Shown here piece by piece: positions 50,659 through 60,063 of a stretch of DNA of 64,000 nucleotides. Origin of the DNA: Myxococcota bacterium (lineage in GTDB: Bacteria > Myxococcota_A > UBA9160 > UBA6930); contig OZ245015.1 in assembly GCA_965223705.1 (NCBI GenBank), positions 2,272,001 to 2,336,000 on the forward strand. Direction: 5' to 3'. A program made the position numbers and the translations under genes. Position 1 is the stretch's first letter. Each line of letters opens with the position of its first letter. Under the pieces are notes generated by a model. It was not told where the DNA came from, searched no databases, and worked only from the letters and a program-made list of their open reading frames with translations.

Positions 50659-51729
50659 ATGCACGTCGGCGTCATGATCTCATTTCAAAACCATTGGAAC
50701 AGCCCGCGCCCCGATCGGGAGATCTACGAGAACGAGCTGCGCATCGCGGGCCTCGTCGAGCCGCTGGGATTTGACTCGATCTGGAGTCTCGAGCACCACT
50801 TTACGGACTACACCCTGTGTCCCAACCCGATCCAGTTCGGGGCCTACATGGCGGGGCGAACGCGGCGAATACAGCTCGGTACGGCGGCGGTGATTCTGCC
50901 CTGGCACAAAGACCCGCTTCGGGTCGCCACCGATTTCGCCATGCTCGACAACTTGTCCGGCGGGCGTGCTCTGGTGGGTCTCGGGCGCGGAATCGGGCGC
51001 GTCGAGTACGAAGGCTTCGGGATCGACATGAGCGAATCGCGCGAGCGCTGGGAGGAGTCGCTGGGAATGATCCTCGGCGGGCTCGAAACCGGAACCATGG
51101 CCGCCCATCAAGGCAAGTACTACCAGCAGGTCGAGCGGCCGATTCGCCCCGCCCCGTTTGGCGACATTCGCGACAAGCTCTTCATCGTCTCGATGTCTCC
51201 CGACACCATCCCCTACGTCGCGGAATACGGCGCGGCGTTCATGACCTTTGCGATCGCTCCTTGGGAGCGGCGCTCGAAGGACGTCAAGCACTACCAGGAG
51301 CTGTTCGAGGCGAAGCATCAGCGCCCCGCTCCGCCGATCTCGGCAAACATGTTCGTATACGTCGACCAAGACTCGAGCAAGGCGAAGGAAATGGCGACGA
51401 AGTACATCGGTGATTACTGGCAATCGGCGGTGCAGCACTACGAAATGACCGGCGACCACTTCGCCGCGGCCGGCAAGAGCTACGAGTTCTACGCAAAGTC
51501 CGCGACGGCGCTGCGGGACCACTCCGACGCGGTGACCCAAGGCTATATCGACAACCAGATCTGGGGCACGCCCGCGGACTGCATCGAAAAGATCCGGGCC
51601 ATCACGGATCTGTGCGGGGAGATCCAAATCAACTGCCAGTTCTGCTACGCCGGCATGCCCTACGACGTGGCTGAGCAGAACATGCGGGTCTTCGCGCGGG
51701 ACGTCCTTCCGACTTTGAAGGCCTCGTGA
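50659..51729 (+). CDS. LLM-class flavin-dependent oxidoreductase (paralogue of 17325-18431)
   Basis: MHVG..FQN, LGFDSIWSLEHHFTDYTLCPN and GLGRG motifs. Confidence 0.92.
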   Translation: MHVGVMISFQNHWNSPRPDREIYENELRIAGLVEPLGFDSIWSLEHHFTDYTLCPNPIQFGAYMAGRTRRIQLGTAAVILPWHKDPLRVATDFAMLDNLSGGRALVGLGRGIGRVEYEGFGIDMSESRERWEESLGMILGGLETGTMAAHQGKYYQQVERPIRPAPFGDIRDKLFIVSMSPDTIPYVAEYGAAFMTFAIAPWERRSKDVKHYQELFEAKHQRPAPPISANMFVYVDQDSSKAKEMATKYIGDYWQSAVQHYEMTGDHFAAAGKSYEFYAKSATALRDHSDAVTQGYIDNQIWGTPADCIEKIRAITDLCGEIQINCQFCYAGMPYDVAEQNMRVFARDVLPTLKAS

Positions 51730-51742
51730 GACCGGACCGGAG

Positions 51743-52114
51743 TTACCAGGTGATTTTCTCGGGATCGCCCTTGTAGAGCGTTCGGACGAACGCGATCACT
51801 TTCCAGGCCTGGTCTTCGTCGATGATTTCCGCGAAGGCCGGCATCGCGGCCCGGCCTTCCATCAGTTGTTTGAGGAGGCTCTCGTCGCCCCCGTCACCTT
51901 GTTCCCAGCGATCGTCATTGATGCTCGGACCCATTCCGCCGCCGCCCGCAGCCCCGTGGCATGCGTAGCAGTTGAGGCGCTTGTAGAGCTTGGCCCCCTC
52001 CGCGATGGCTTCCTCGTTCCCGGTGTACGGATTCTTGCGCGGGGCTTCGGCCGCACCGGCGAGCGCGATGACGGACGCCGCGACGAGGAGGAGAAAGGGA
52101 AGCGGTCGCCGCAT
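51743..52114 (-). CDS. xoxG: cytochrome c, XoxG-type electron acceptor
   Basis: Signal peptide; NPY.G...AI.EG..LY, CYACHG, GGMGPS and MPAF; last gene of the xoxF operon. Confidence 0.8.
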   Translation of the reverse strand: MRRPLPFLLLVAASVIALAGAAEAPRKNPYTGNEEAIAEGAKLYKRLNCYACHGAAGGGGMGPSINDDRWEQGDGGDESLLKQLMEGRAAMPAFAEIIDEDQAWKVIAFVRTLYKGDPEKITW

Positions 52115-52920
52115 CAACGGCCTCTCTCGAGGGTGGGGATGCCGAATCGTTCGAGGATCCCTGCGACGGCCTGCTGGCGGCTGCGGAGCACCTCGTCGAT
52201 CGCCCGGTGAAGGGCTTCGTCGGCGGGTCGCACCGCGATCGCCATGTCGTAGCGAAAGGGCAGTGTCGCTGTTTCCTCCGACGGAGGAACGAAACGCATC
52301 CGTAGCGGCTTGGGCTGATCGCGTCGGAAGAACCCCGCGATGGGGCCCCAGACGATCGCCACATCGACCTCCCCGCTTCCCACGGCGTCGACCAGCGCTC
52401 GAGGCGGACTGTCCGTCCCGTAGTCGCCGAACACGCTGTATCCCACCACGTTGTCGACAATCCCGCGGTCGGAGAGGGCGTGGGCGGGCGGGCTGTTCGC
52501 GTAGTCGTCGCCGATCAGATGCACGCCCACTCGGACGTCACGCAAGACGTCGGAATTCAGCGATTCCGGCTCAACTCCCGATCCTTCTCGCGAAAGAAAG
52601 ACGTACCCGGATCGGTAGTAGGGCCTCGTGGTGAGAACGCGATCGAGACCGGCTGGAACTCCCATGACCGCGTCGCAGTGCCCGTCGCGCAGCTGCCGTA
52701 AGAAGCCGCGTCGTTGCGGCCACCACAGGTAGGTGACCTCGCGGGATAGGCCCTCGCCCACGAGCTTCGCCAGCTCGTTCTCGAACCCTTGGGCTTTCCG
52801 GTTCGAATACGGCAGCCCGTTGGGATCGGCGCAGACCCTGAGCGGCTCGGCGTTCGCACTGTTCGTGAGCACCAAACACGCGGCAGCGAGCCACGCGCCG
52901 AGCGCTCCGGACCGACCCAC
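52114..52920 (-). CDS. xoxJ: MxaJ/XoxJ family periplasmic binding protein
   Basis: LRVCADPN.LPYSN, GFENE, T.PYYRS.Y and WGPIAG motifs. Confidence 0.9.
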   Translation of the reverse strand: MGRSGALGAWLAAACLVLTNSANAEPLRVCADPNGLPYSNRKAQGFENELAKLVGEGLSREVTYLWWPQRRGFLRQLRDGHCDAVMGVPAGLDRVLTTRPYYRSGYVFLSREGSGVEPESLNSDVLRDVRVGVHLIGDDYANSPPAHALSDRGIVDNVVGYSVFGDYGTDSPPRALVDAVGSGEVDVAIVWGPIAGFFRRDQPKPLRMRFVPPSEETATLPFRYDMAIAVRPADEALHRAIDEVLRSRQQAVAGILERFGIPTLERGR

Positions 52921-52925
52921 CTCGT

Positions 52926-54716
52926 TTAGCGGCTGGCGGTAGTCAGCGCGTCGTCGAGCGCGAAGACGTACAGCGTGCCGCCCTTGGCCGTGTCTTTCGG
53001 GAGGTCGCCAAACGCGCCGATCGCCCCCAGGGCCGCGGTCGGGTCGTCGGTCGCGAGATCCGCGGCCACAACCAACCCGGACCAGCCGCCCACGCCCGAC
53101 AGCACGGCGACGTACTGCTTGCCGTCGGGTCCACGGTAGGTCATCGGCGCCGCGATGATTCCCGAGCCCGCCTTGAACTTCCAGAGTTCCTCGCCGCTGC
53201 GCGCATCCACGGCTTTGAACCAGCCGTCCATGGTCCCGTAGAAGACGACGTCACCAGCCGTCACCAGAGCGCCACTCCACGCGGCCCACTTCTCCTTGAT
53301 GCCCCACTTCTTGGTGCCGGTCGTAGCGTCCCAGGCCATGAATTCGCCGCGGTTTCCACCCGGGCCGGGGAACATCTTCACAATCGCACCCACATACGGG
53401 ACACCTGCGATGTAGGAGACCTCGGTTCCCTCGTAGTCCATGCAGATATTGTTGGTCGGCACGTAGAAGAGCTTCGTACGCGGTGAGTACGCCGAGGGCT
53501 GCTGGTCCTTCGCGCCCATTGCGCCGGGGCAGATGCCTTTCGTGTTGACGTCCTGCTTCGTGCGCTTTTCCGGGTTTTCGACGGGCACGCCCGTCGCGAG
53601 ATCCACCGATTTGGCCCAGTTCACCTCGGCGAATTTGTCGGCGCGGAGCACTTTGCCGTTGGTTCGATCGATCGCGTAGGCGAACCCGTTGCGATCGAAG
53701 TGAACGAGCGCCTTGTGGGTCTTTCCGTCGAGATCGAGATCGACGAGGATGTTTTCGTTGATGCCGTCGTAATCCCACGCGTCGTGGGGTGTCATTTGGT
53801 ACGCCCAACGCGCTTCGCCCGTGTCGGGGTTGCGCGCGAAGATCGACATCGACCACTTGTTCTCACCCGGACGCTGGTCCGGGTTCCAAGCGCCGGGATT
53901 GCCCGTGCCGTGATAGAAGAGATCGAGTTCTTCGTCGTAGCTGTACCAGCCCCAAGTGGTACCGCCGCCGCGCTTCCACTCGTCGCCCTTCCAGGTCGAT
54001 ACGCCGAGATCCTTGCCCTGGTGGGACGGATACGGCGACGCGAAGTCCGCTCCGATACCGACTTCGTCGTCGGGGCCGGTGCTGTATCGCCGCCAGATCT
54101 GCTTGCCGGTCTTGACGTCGTTCGCGGTCACGAAACCGCGCACGCCGAACTCACCGCCGCTGATGCCGGTGATCACCTTGTCGCGCACGACGAGAGGCAC
54201 CATGGTGATGGTTTGACCCTTCTTGTGGTCCCCCTGCTTGACGCGCCACACGACCTCACCGGTTTCGGCATCGAGAGCGACGGTGTGGGTGTCGAGCTGG
54301 TTGAAGAAGATTTTGCCGTCGGCGTAGGCCACGCCGCGGTTCACGACATCGCAGCACGCGATGGGGATGACGCTCTCATCTTGTTCCGGGACGTGCTTCC
54401 ACTTGAGTGCCGGGCCGGGCTTCGTGAGATCGAGCGCGAAGACGTGGTTCGGGAACGCGGTGACCAGATACATCGTGTCGTCGATGACCAGCGGCGCGCC
54501 TTCGTGCCCGCGCAGGACACCTGTCGACAGCGTCCAGGCCGCGCGAAGATTCTTGACGTTGTCGGCTTTGATGTCGGCGAGTTCACTGAAGCGCGTCAGT
54601 GCGTAGTCTTTTCCCGGGAGCGGCCATTCGCCTGCGCTGTCGGCGGTCGCGACGACCGGCGCGGTGACCATGCAGGCAGCGAAAAACACGACGAGGCACG
54701 AGAGCTTGCGTTCCAT
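52926..54716 (-). CDS. xoxF: lanthanide-dependent PQQ methanol dehydrogenase
   Basis: STGVLRGHEG, CCDVVNRG, GGEFGVRG, WDYDG (extra lanthanide-binding Asp), HFDRNG; followed by xoxJ and xoxG, no mxaI. Confidence 0.92.
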   Translation of the reverse strand: MERKLSCLVVFFAACMVTAPVVATADSAGEWPLPGKDYALTRFSELADIKADNVKNLRAAWTLSTGVLRGHEGAPLVIDDTMYLVTAFPNHVFALDLTKPGPALKWKHVPEQDESVIPIACCDVVNRGVAYADGKIFFNQLDTHTVALDAETGEVVWRVKQGDHKKGQTITMVPLVVRDKVITGISGGEFGVRGFVTANDVKTGKQIWRRYSTGPDDEVGIGADFASPYPSHQGKDLGVSTWKGDEWKRGGGTTWGWYSYDEELDLFYHGTGNPGAWNPDQRPGENKWSMSIFARNPDTGEARWAYQMTPHDAWDYDGINENILVDLDLDGKTHKALVHFDRNGFAYAIDRTNGKVLRADKFAEVNWAKSVDLATGVPVENPEKRTKQDVNTKGICPGAMGAKDQQPSAYSPRTKLFYVPTNNICMDYEGTEVSYIAGVPYVGAIVKMFPGPGGNRGEFMAWDATTGTKKWGIKEKWAAWSGALVTAGDVVFYGTMDGWFKAVDARSGEELWKFKAGSGIIAAPMTYRGPDGKQYVAVLSGVGGWSGLVVAADLATDDPTAALGAIGAFGDLPKDTAKGGTLYVFALDDALTTASR

Positions 54717-54790
54717 GGAACCCTCCCAGTGGGTGATGCCTCGTCACCCTACGCCTCGAACAAGAAGGGGTCAATCGGCTTCGCGACGCT

Positions 54791-55942
54791 TCAGAGGGCC
54801 TCGTAGACGGCGGATTCGAATGCTTGGAAAGCCGACACCGAGCCGGCGTCGTAGAACGGCAGGATCTGCGACAGGTAGACGCCTGTCACACCCCGATGAG
54901 TGTCGATCCAGTAGTACGAGTTGAAGATGCCGGCCCAGGCGAGGCTTCCGGCCGAGCGGCCGGTCGGGAGCGGATCGTTCGTGACGACGAAACCCAAGCC
55001 GTGTCCACAGCCTGCGAAGTCGGCGACATCGTTGGCCAGCTCGGGAGCGGAACTCTTGAACTCGCCCAACGCCAGGGGTGCGATGTGGTCTCGCCCCGCC
55101 TCGGTGCACAGGCTTTCGCCGAGGATCCGAGACCCGTCAAGCTCCCCGCCTCGCAACACCGCTTGGAGGAAGCGCAGGTAGTCGCCAGCTGTGGAGTAGA
55201 GGCCGTGGCCACCGGCGTGGAACGGGACGTCCGGGGGTGCGGCGTCGGGATCTTCGACGAGACCGCCGTCGGGTGTCCGGTGATGCAAGGTGATCACACG
55301 CCCGTGCTTCTCGGCGGGAACGTTGAAGTGGGTATCGGTCATTCCGAGCGGCGCGAAAATGTGCTCGTCGAAGTAATCCCCCAAGCGCTGATCGCTCAAG
55401 GTTTCCACCAGTTGTCCCGCCCAATCCGTATTGATCCCGTATTCCCAAGCGGTGCCCGGGTCTCGAATGAGCGGAGCCTCCATGAACGCATCCGTGCCTT
55501 CGAAGGGATCGCCCATCATCTGCAATTGCTGGGCTTGGGCGAGGTCGGCGCTGAGAAACGAATAACCGAACCCCGCCGTGTGAGTGAGGAGCTGGCGCAG
55601 TGTGATCGTTCCTCGGACGGGCCGCAGCCTCGCCTTGCCACGGTCGTCGAAACCCTCGAGCAGCTGTCGCTTACCGATCTCGGGCAGGATCCGGCTCACG
55701 TCGTCATCGAGCCCCACGCGACCTGCCTCGACCAACTGGAGCGCGGCGAACGTGGTGATCGCTTTGGTCATCGAAGCGATTCGGAAGATCGAGTCGCTTC
55801 TCAACGGGTCGCCACCGGCGACGCACCGGTTTCCCGCTGCGCCGCAGAAACGGACGCCATCTCTCGTTGCGAACGCTGCGGCAACCGCGGGAACACGGCC
55901 ATCGGCCACGGCGTTATCGAGGACTTGCTGTACGTCCGTCAC
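54791..55942 (-). CDS. serine hydrolase (beta-lactamase class C-like esterase)
   Basis: FRIASMTK (SxxK), LLTHTAG, WEYG, PLGMTDT and WAGIFNSYYWID motifs. Confidence 0.9.
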   Translation of the reverse strand: MTDVQQVLDNAVADGRVPAVAAAFATRDGVRFCGAAGNRCVAGGDPLRSDSIFRIASMTKAITTFAALQLVEAGRVGLDDDVSRILPEIGKRQLLEGFDDRGKARLRPVRGTITLRQLLTHTAGFGYSFLSADLAQAQQLQMMGDPFEGTDAFMEAPLIRDPGTAWEYGINTDWAGQLVETLSDQRLGDYFDEHIFAPLGMTDTHFNVPAEKHGRVITLHHRTPDGGLVEDPDAAPPDVPFHAGGHGLYSTAGDYLRFLQAVLRGGELDGSRILGESLCTEAGRDHIAPLALGEFKSSAPELANDVADFAGCGHGLGFVVTNDPLPTGRSAGSLAWAGIFNSYYWIDTHRGVTGVYLSQILPFYDAGSVSAFQAFESAVYEAL

Positions 55943-55959
55943 GGTGGTCTCCTCCGCTG

Positions 55960-56340
55960 CTAGCCCATTCGATGGAGCGCGCAGAGCTTGTTGCCGTCGG
56001 GATCCCGCAAGTACGCGAGGTAGAGCGGACCGAACCCGCCCTCTCGAACCCCCGGCGGATCCTCGATGCTGGTGCCGCCGTTGCTCTCGCCGGCCTTGTG
56101 CCACGCGTCGACCTCGGCCTGCGACGAGCACGCAATGCCGATGGTTCCGCCATTCGCGTGTGTCGCGGACTTCCCATCGATCGGCTCTGTGACGAGGAAC
56201 AGCCCGTCGTTGTGCATGTAGATCAGCCGATTCTTGTCGTCGACCGTCGCCGGCTGGCCACCCAGCGCTCCGAACAAGGCGTCGTAGAACTTCTTCGAAC
56301 GATCGATGTCGTTGCTACCGACCATGACGTGTGAAAACAC
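55960..56340 (-). CDS. VOC/glyoxalase family protein
   Basis: FSHVMVGSND..RSKKFYD and YLAYLRDPDGNKLC motifs. Confidence 0.9.
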   Translation of the reverse strand: MFSHVMVGSNDIDRSKKFYDALFGALGGQPATVDDKNRLIYMHNDGLFLVTEPIDGKSATHANGGTIGIACSSQAEVDAWHKAGESNGGTSIEDPPGVREGGFGPLYLAYLRDPDGNKLCALHRMG

Positions 56341-56435
56341 TTCGCACTCTCCTCACTCAGCCCCCGCCGCATCATCGTGCAGCAGATTCGGCCGAGGGGC
56401 CAGTGCGTGTTTTTTGCACGTGTGGTGCCCGGCGT

Positions 56436-56852
56436 CTAGCCCTGGCAGCTCTCACTCGGCCAACCGAACCAACGCCGGTGGACTCTGGGATAGACGGCCG
56501 TGCCGAGTAGGAGACCCACCACGGTGATGAGGGCGAGCAGACGACCCTCGCCGATTTGCACCCACGCGATCGACGGGCACGCGCCGGAAAGGGCCCATCC
56601 CGCGCCAAACAGCAGTCCGCCGGGGATGGTCCCGGCGTGAACTTTTCGCGGCGCATGTTGCCCGGCGGAAGGAATGAATCGAAATGCGATCCCGATCCCT
56701 GCGACGCCCGCGGCGAACGACAACGTCAGCCGCCAATCCTGGAACGTGAACATGCGATGAACTTCGCCGAACTCCGAGAACCCGATACGGCTGAGCGCGA
56801 AACCCATCATGAGGCCGAGGCACCCGGTCAAGACGTGGCAGGGAATCCGCAC
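56436..56852 (-). CDS. YeeE/YedE family (DUF6691-like) sulfur transporter subunit
   Basis: GGLLFGAGWALSGACP motif. Confidence 0.85.
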   Translation of the reverse strand: MRIPCHVLTGCLGLMMGFALSRIGFSEFGEVHRMFTFQDWRLTLSFAAGVAGIGIAFRFIPSAGQHAPRKVHAGTIPGGLLFGAGWALSGACPSIAWVQIGEGRLLALITVVGLLLGTAVYPRVHRRWFGWPSESCQG

Positions 56853-56854
56853 GC

Positions 56855-57487
56855 TCAAAGCGAGCTCTTGATCAGGAAGGACACCGCGGCGCCCCCGGCG
56901 AAGAATGCCGCGGTGGCGAGGAAGCTTCCGGGCTGAAGCCGGCCCAAGCCCGAGAGGCCGTGGCCCGAGGTACAGCCGCCCGCCATGCGACCTCCGAAAC
57001 CGACGAGAAAGCCGCCGGCCAGCGCCGCCATGACCCCGAAGGCCCCGGTGCCCATCAACTCCTCGAAACGCGTTCCGAGGCTCCACGTGCCGGCGCCCGT
57101 CGGTGGACCGTGTAGGAAGGCCGCGAGGGTCCCTCCCAGCATGAGCGCGACGATGAAGGTGGCCCCTGCGGAAACCGGCAACCGAATTCTGGGGGACGCT
57201 CCGCAGGAGGTCGAAGCGGGAACGCCTCCGGTGAGCTCGGGCGGGAGCTCCATATCGCCGAACTGCGCCCGCGTCGCCGCGAGCAACTTCTCGTCGAGTC
57301 CGCCGCTCGAGAGTTCGATCTCTCGCGCCCGGTCCCGCTCATCTTCTCTCCAGCGTCCGATGCGCGCGAGCATTCCCGAGACGGTCAAGAGCCGTCCCGA
57401 GACCGCGACATGGATGATGCAGACGATGGCCAGGGCGGCACCGCCGAGCCACCAGGGCCAGTAGACGAGTGTGGCCCCGTCGCTCAA
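56855..57487 (-). CDS. YeeE/YedE family sulfur transporter subunit
   Basis: YWPWWLGG and GGFLVGFGGRMAGGCTSGHGLSG motifs; TTG start overlaps the upstream TGA. Confidence 0.85.
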   Translation of the reverse strand: MSDGATLVYWPWWLGGAALAIVCIIHVAVSGRLLTVSGMLARIGRWREDERDRAREIELSSGGLDEKLLAATRAQFGDMELPPELTGGVPASTSCGASPRIRLPVSAGATFIVALMLGGTLAAFLHGPPTGAGTWSLGTRFEELMGTGAFGVMAALAGGFLVGFGGRMAGGCTSGHGLSGLGRLQPGSFLATAAFFAGGAAVSFLIKSSL

Positions 57488-57684
57488 GCCTCGCCCTCCG
57501 CGAGCTCTTCCCCGTTCGGCAAGAGGGTCGGCGACGGCAGCTCGCCACGGCAGTTCATCTGGTAGCGGACGCAATCTTCGTAGCGTCCCTCACAGAAGTA
57601 GATCTGCCACACGCGCAAAACGGAAGTGAGCTTGAACCGCTCAAAGAGCGGGCAGTCTTCGGCGTGGGAGCACTTCTTCGACAT
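57484..57684 (-). CDS. small cysteine-rich hypothetical protein (66 aa)
   Basis: C-x5-CPLF...FCEG....CVRY...C...LLPNG; stop overlaps the yeeE start. Confidence 0.65.
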   Translation of the reverse strand: MSKKCSHAEDCPLFERFKLTSVLRVWQIYFCEGRYEDCVRYQMNCRGELPSPTLLPNGEELAEGEA

Positions 57685-57748
57685 CTCGGGTCCGCTTCGG
57701 AAGTCGCGGACGCGAACTTGACCGGCCGAGATAGAAACCCGGGGTGCG

Positions 57749-60022
57749 TCAGGCTTTTTCCCGACTCGTTATCCACTGAATCAACGCGTCACCGGGCATC
57801 GCTTTCGCGAACAACCAGCCCTGCAGCTCGGCGCACCCGCGCGCGGACAAGAACTCCTGGTGTGCCTCGGTCTCAACGCCCTCCGCGACCACGGGGACGT
57901 CGAGTGAGTCCGCCATGCCGAGGATGGCGGACACGATGGCGACGTCCTCGGCGTCATCCGGGAGACCGCGGACGAAGCTCCGATCGATTTTGAGGCGACT
58001 GATCGGCATCCGTTTGACAAGCGACAGGGAGGAGTAGCCGGTTCCGAAATCGTCGAGGGCGAATCCGACGCCCAGCCCGGCGAGAGCGCGAATGTGTTCC
58101 CACAACTCTTCCGAGTCGGCCATCAGAACCGTCTCCGTGATCTCGAATTCGATGCTCCGGGTCGCCACCGACGAAGCGGATAAACGGCGGGCAAGCTCAT
58201 GGATAAAGGCGACGTTCTCGAGCTGTTTCGGGGAAATGTTGAGAGACAGCCGGAAATCGGGACCGAGGCGATCGCGGTTTTCCGACAGCCAGGCGAGTGA
58301 GGTTTCGAGAGTGAACTCGCCGACATCCTCGATCAGTCCGGTCCGCTCACAGATCGGGATGAATTCCGCGGGAGAGACGGCCCCGCGTTCTTTGTGAGTC
58401 CAGCGCAGGAGTGCCTCGGCTCCGGTGACGCGACCCGAGACGCCGCACAGGATCGGCTGGAAATGCACTTCGAGCTCGCCCTGGGCGACCGCCCGGTGGA
58501 GATCGGCCTCGAGCGAGATCGGGTCGGGTTCCTGCATGTGCGGCGAGAACCGAAGGAAGCCGGCTTTCCCTCGGGCTTTCGCGGCGTACATCGCGGCGTC
58601 GGCGCTGGTGATCACGCCTTCGATGTCTTCGGCATCGGTCGGATAGATCGCGATCCCGATGCTCGCGCCGACAAAGACCTCTCGTCCGGCGACGTCGAAC
58701 GGTTTCGCGAGTTGTTGGAGGATCCGCTGCGCGACGATCTCGGCATTCTTCGGATCCTCGATCTCGTCCAAGATGACGCTGAACTCATCGCCGCCGAGTC
58801 GCGAGAGTCCGCTCGAATAGCCTCGACAAGCGCTATCGCTGTGCCGGATCGCTCGGCTCAAGCGTCGGGCGACTTCGCACAGCAGCTGATCTCCGCCGGC
58901 ATGGCCCATCCCATCGTTGATGCGCTTGAACCCGTTGAGGTCGATGTAGAGCACCGCACAGACGCGATCGTGCTCTCGACAATTTCCGAGTGTCGACTCG
59001 AGCAGCATCCTGAACGCCCGACGATTCGGCAGCCCCGTGAGCTCGTCGAGCTCTGCGGCGCGGCGTAGCGAGTCCCGGGTGCGGACCCGCGTCGCGGCGT
59101 GGCCGAGCTGCGCCGCGACGGAACGCAACACCCGATCCGCGTCGGCGGCACTGCTGACCTCGGCGAGGAATGAGACGCGTAGCGTCCCGAGGACGTCGTC
59201 GGACCAGGAGATCGGGAATTCGGCTCCGGCAAAGTCCGCCATCCGCGGAGCGTTCGCATCCGGGAACGCAAACAGGATCGGCTCCCCGGGATCGTTCGAG
59301 GAAAGCTCGATCTCAGCGCGCGCGAGGGAGAGGTTCTCCACGATCGCTTTGAGGATCTGCTTTGAAAGGTCCTCGAGGGAAAGGTCGCGACTCGCAATGG
59401 TGCTCAGCTCGAGAAGGAGCGTCGCCGTAGCGCTTTCGGTGCGTTCGATCCGCAGGAGGGTGTCGAGCTCTGCCTCGGTCGCGCGTTGGAGGCGCCCCCA
59501 GGCGAAGCACAGGACTGCGACGACCGAGATCCCCGTGACGGCGTTGGACAGTGCCAGCGCGTCCTCGGCGGGGAGTCCGCACGCGCCTCCGTGTGCCGCG
59601 TATAGGAGGATGGCCGTCGTGCAGCCGAGTACGGCCCAAACCAGGGAGTCGCGAACTCCGACGATCACCGCACCCGCCAGAGGAACCGCCGACAACCAGC
59701 CCAACGCGTTCGAATGGAGTCCCCCCAGCGCGACGATGTTGGCGGCGCACAATCCGAACAAGACTGCGCAACCGAGTCGACCGGCCAGGACATGGTCCTC
59801 GGTTCGATGGAGTACGGCGAGTGCGGCGGCCCAACCGATCAGTGAAAGGCTGTAGGCCAGCGCTGCGGACGGCCCGAGGTACCAACCCCAGGCGATCCCA
59901 AGGGGGATGCACAGGCCCATGGCGAGCCACAGCAGGAGTCTCAACTGTCGAGCGCTGCGTCCCGCACCTCGGGTCTCGACGTAGCGTCTCTGTGTTTCCG
60001 CTTCCATCCTGCGGAGCCACAT
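57749..60022 (-). CDS. membrane-bound GGDEF-EAL diguanylate cyclase/phosphodiesterase
   Basis: TM region; DELTGLPNR, GGDEF, EALLRW, DDFGTGYSS, KIDRSF and EGVET motifs. Confidence 0.93.
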   Translation of the reverse strand: MWLRRMEAETQRRYVETRGAGRSARQLRLLLWLAMGLCIPLGIAWGWYLGPSAALAYSLSLIGWAAALAVLHRTEDHVLAGRLGCAVLFGLCAANIVALGGLHSNALGWLSAVPLAGAVIVGVRDSLVWAVLGCTTAILLYAAHGGACGLPAEDALALSNAVTGISVVAVLCFAWGRLQRATEAELDTLLRIERTESATATLLLELSTIASRDLSLEDLSKQILKAIVENLSLARAEIELSSNDPGEPILFAFPDANAPRMADFAGAEFPISWSDDVLGTLRVSFLAEVSSAADADRVLRSVAAQLGHAATRVRTRDSLRRAAELDELTGLPNRRAFRMLLESTLGNCREHDRVCAVLYIDLNGFKRINDGMGHAGGDQLLCEVARRLSRAIRHSDSACRGYSSGLSRLGGDEFSVILDEIEDPKNAEIVAQRILQQLAKPFDVAGREVFVGASIGIAIYPTDAEDIEGVITSADAAMYAAKARGKAGFLRFSPHMQEPDPISLEADLHRAVAQGELEVHFQPILCGVSGRVTGAEALLRWTHKERGAVSPAEFIPICERTGLIEDVGEFTLETSLAWLSENRDRLGPDFRLSLNISPKQLENVAFIHELARRLSASSVATRSIEFEITETVLMADSEELWEHIRALAGLGVGFALDDFGTGYSSLSLVKRMPISRLKIDRSFVRGLPDDAEDVAIVSAILGMADSLDVPVVAEGVETEAHQEFLSARGCAELQGWLFAKAMPGDALIQWITSREKA

Positions 60023-60063
60023 CGGCAGAACGGAGCTGCGTCTCGATCCGGGAATCGCACTCG

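Noticed and set aside
54791..55942. Beta-lactamase resistance gene
   Set aside because: SxxK serine hydrolase of the esterase-like subfamily with no signal peptide; no evidence for antibiotic resistance
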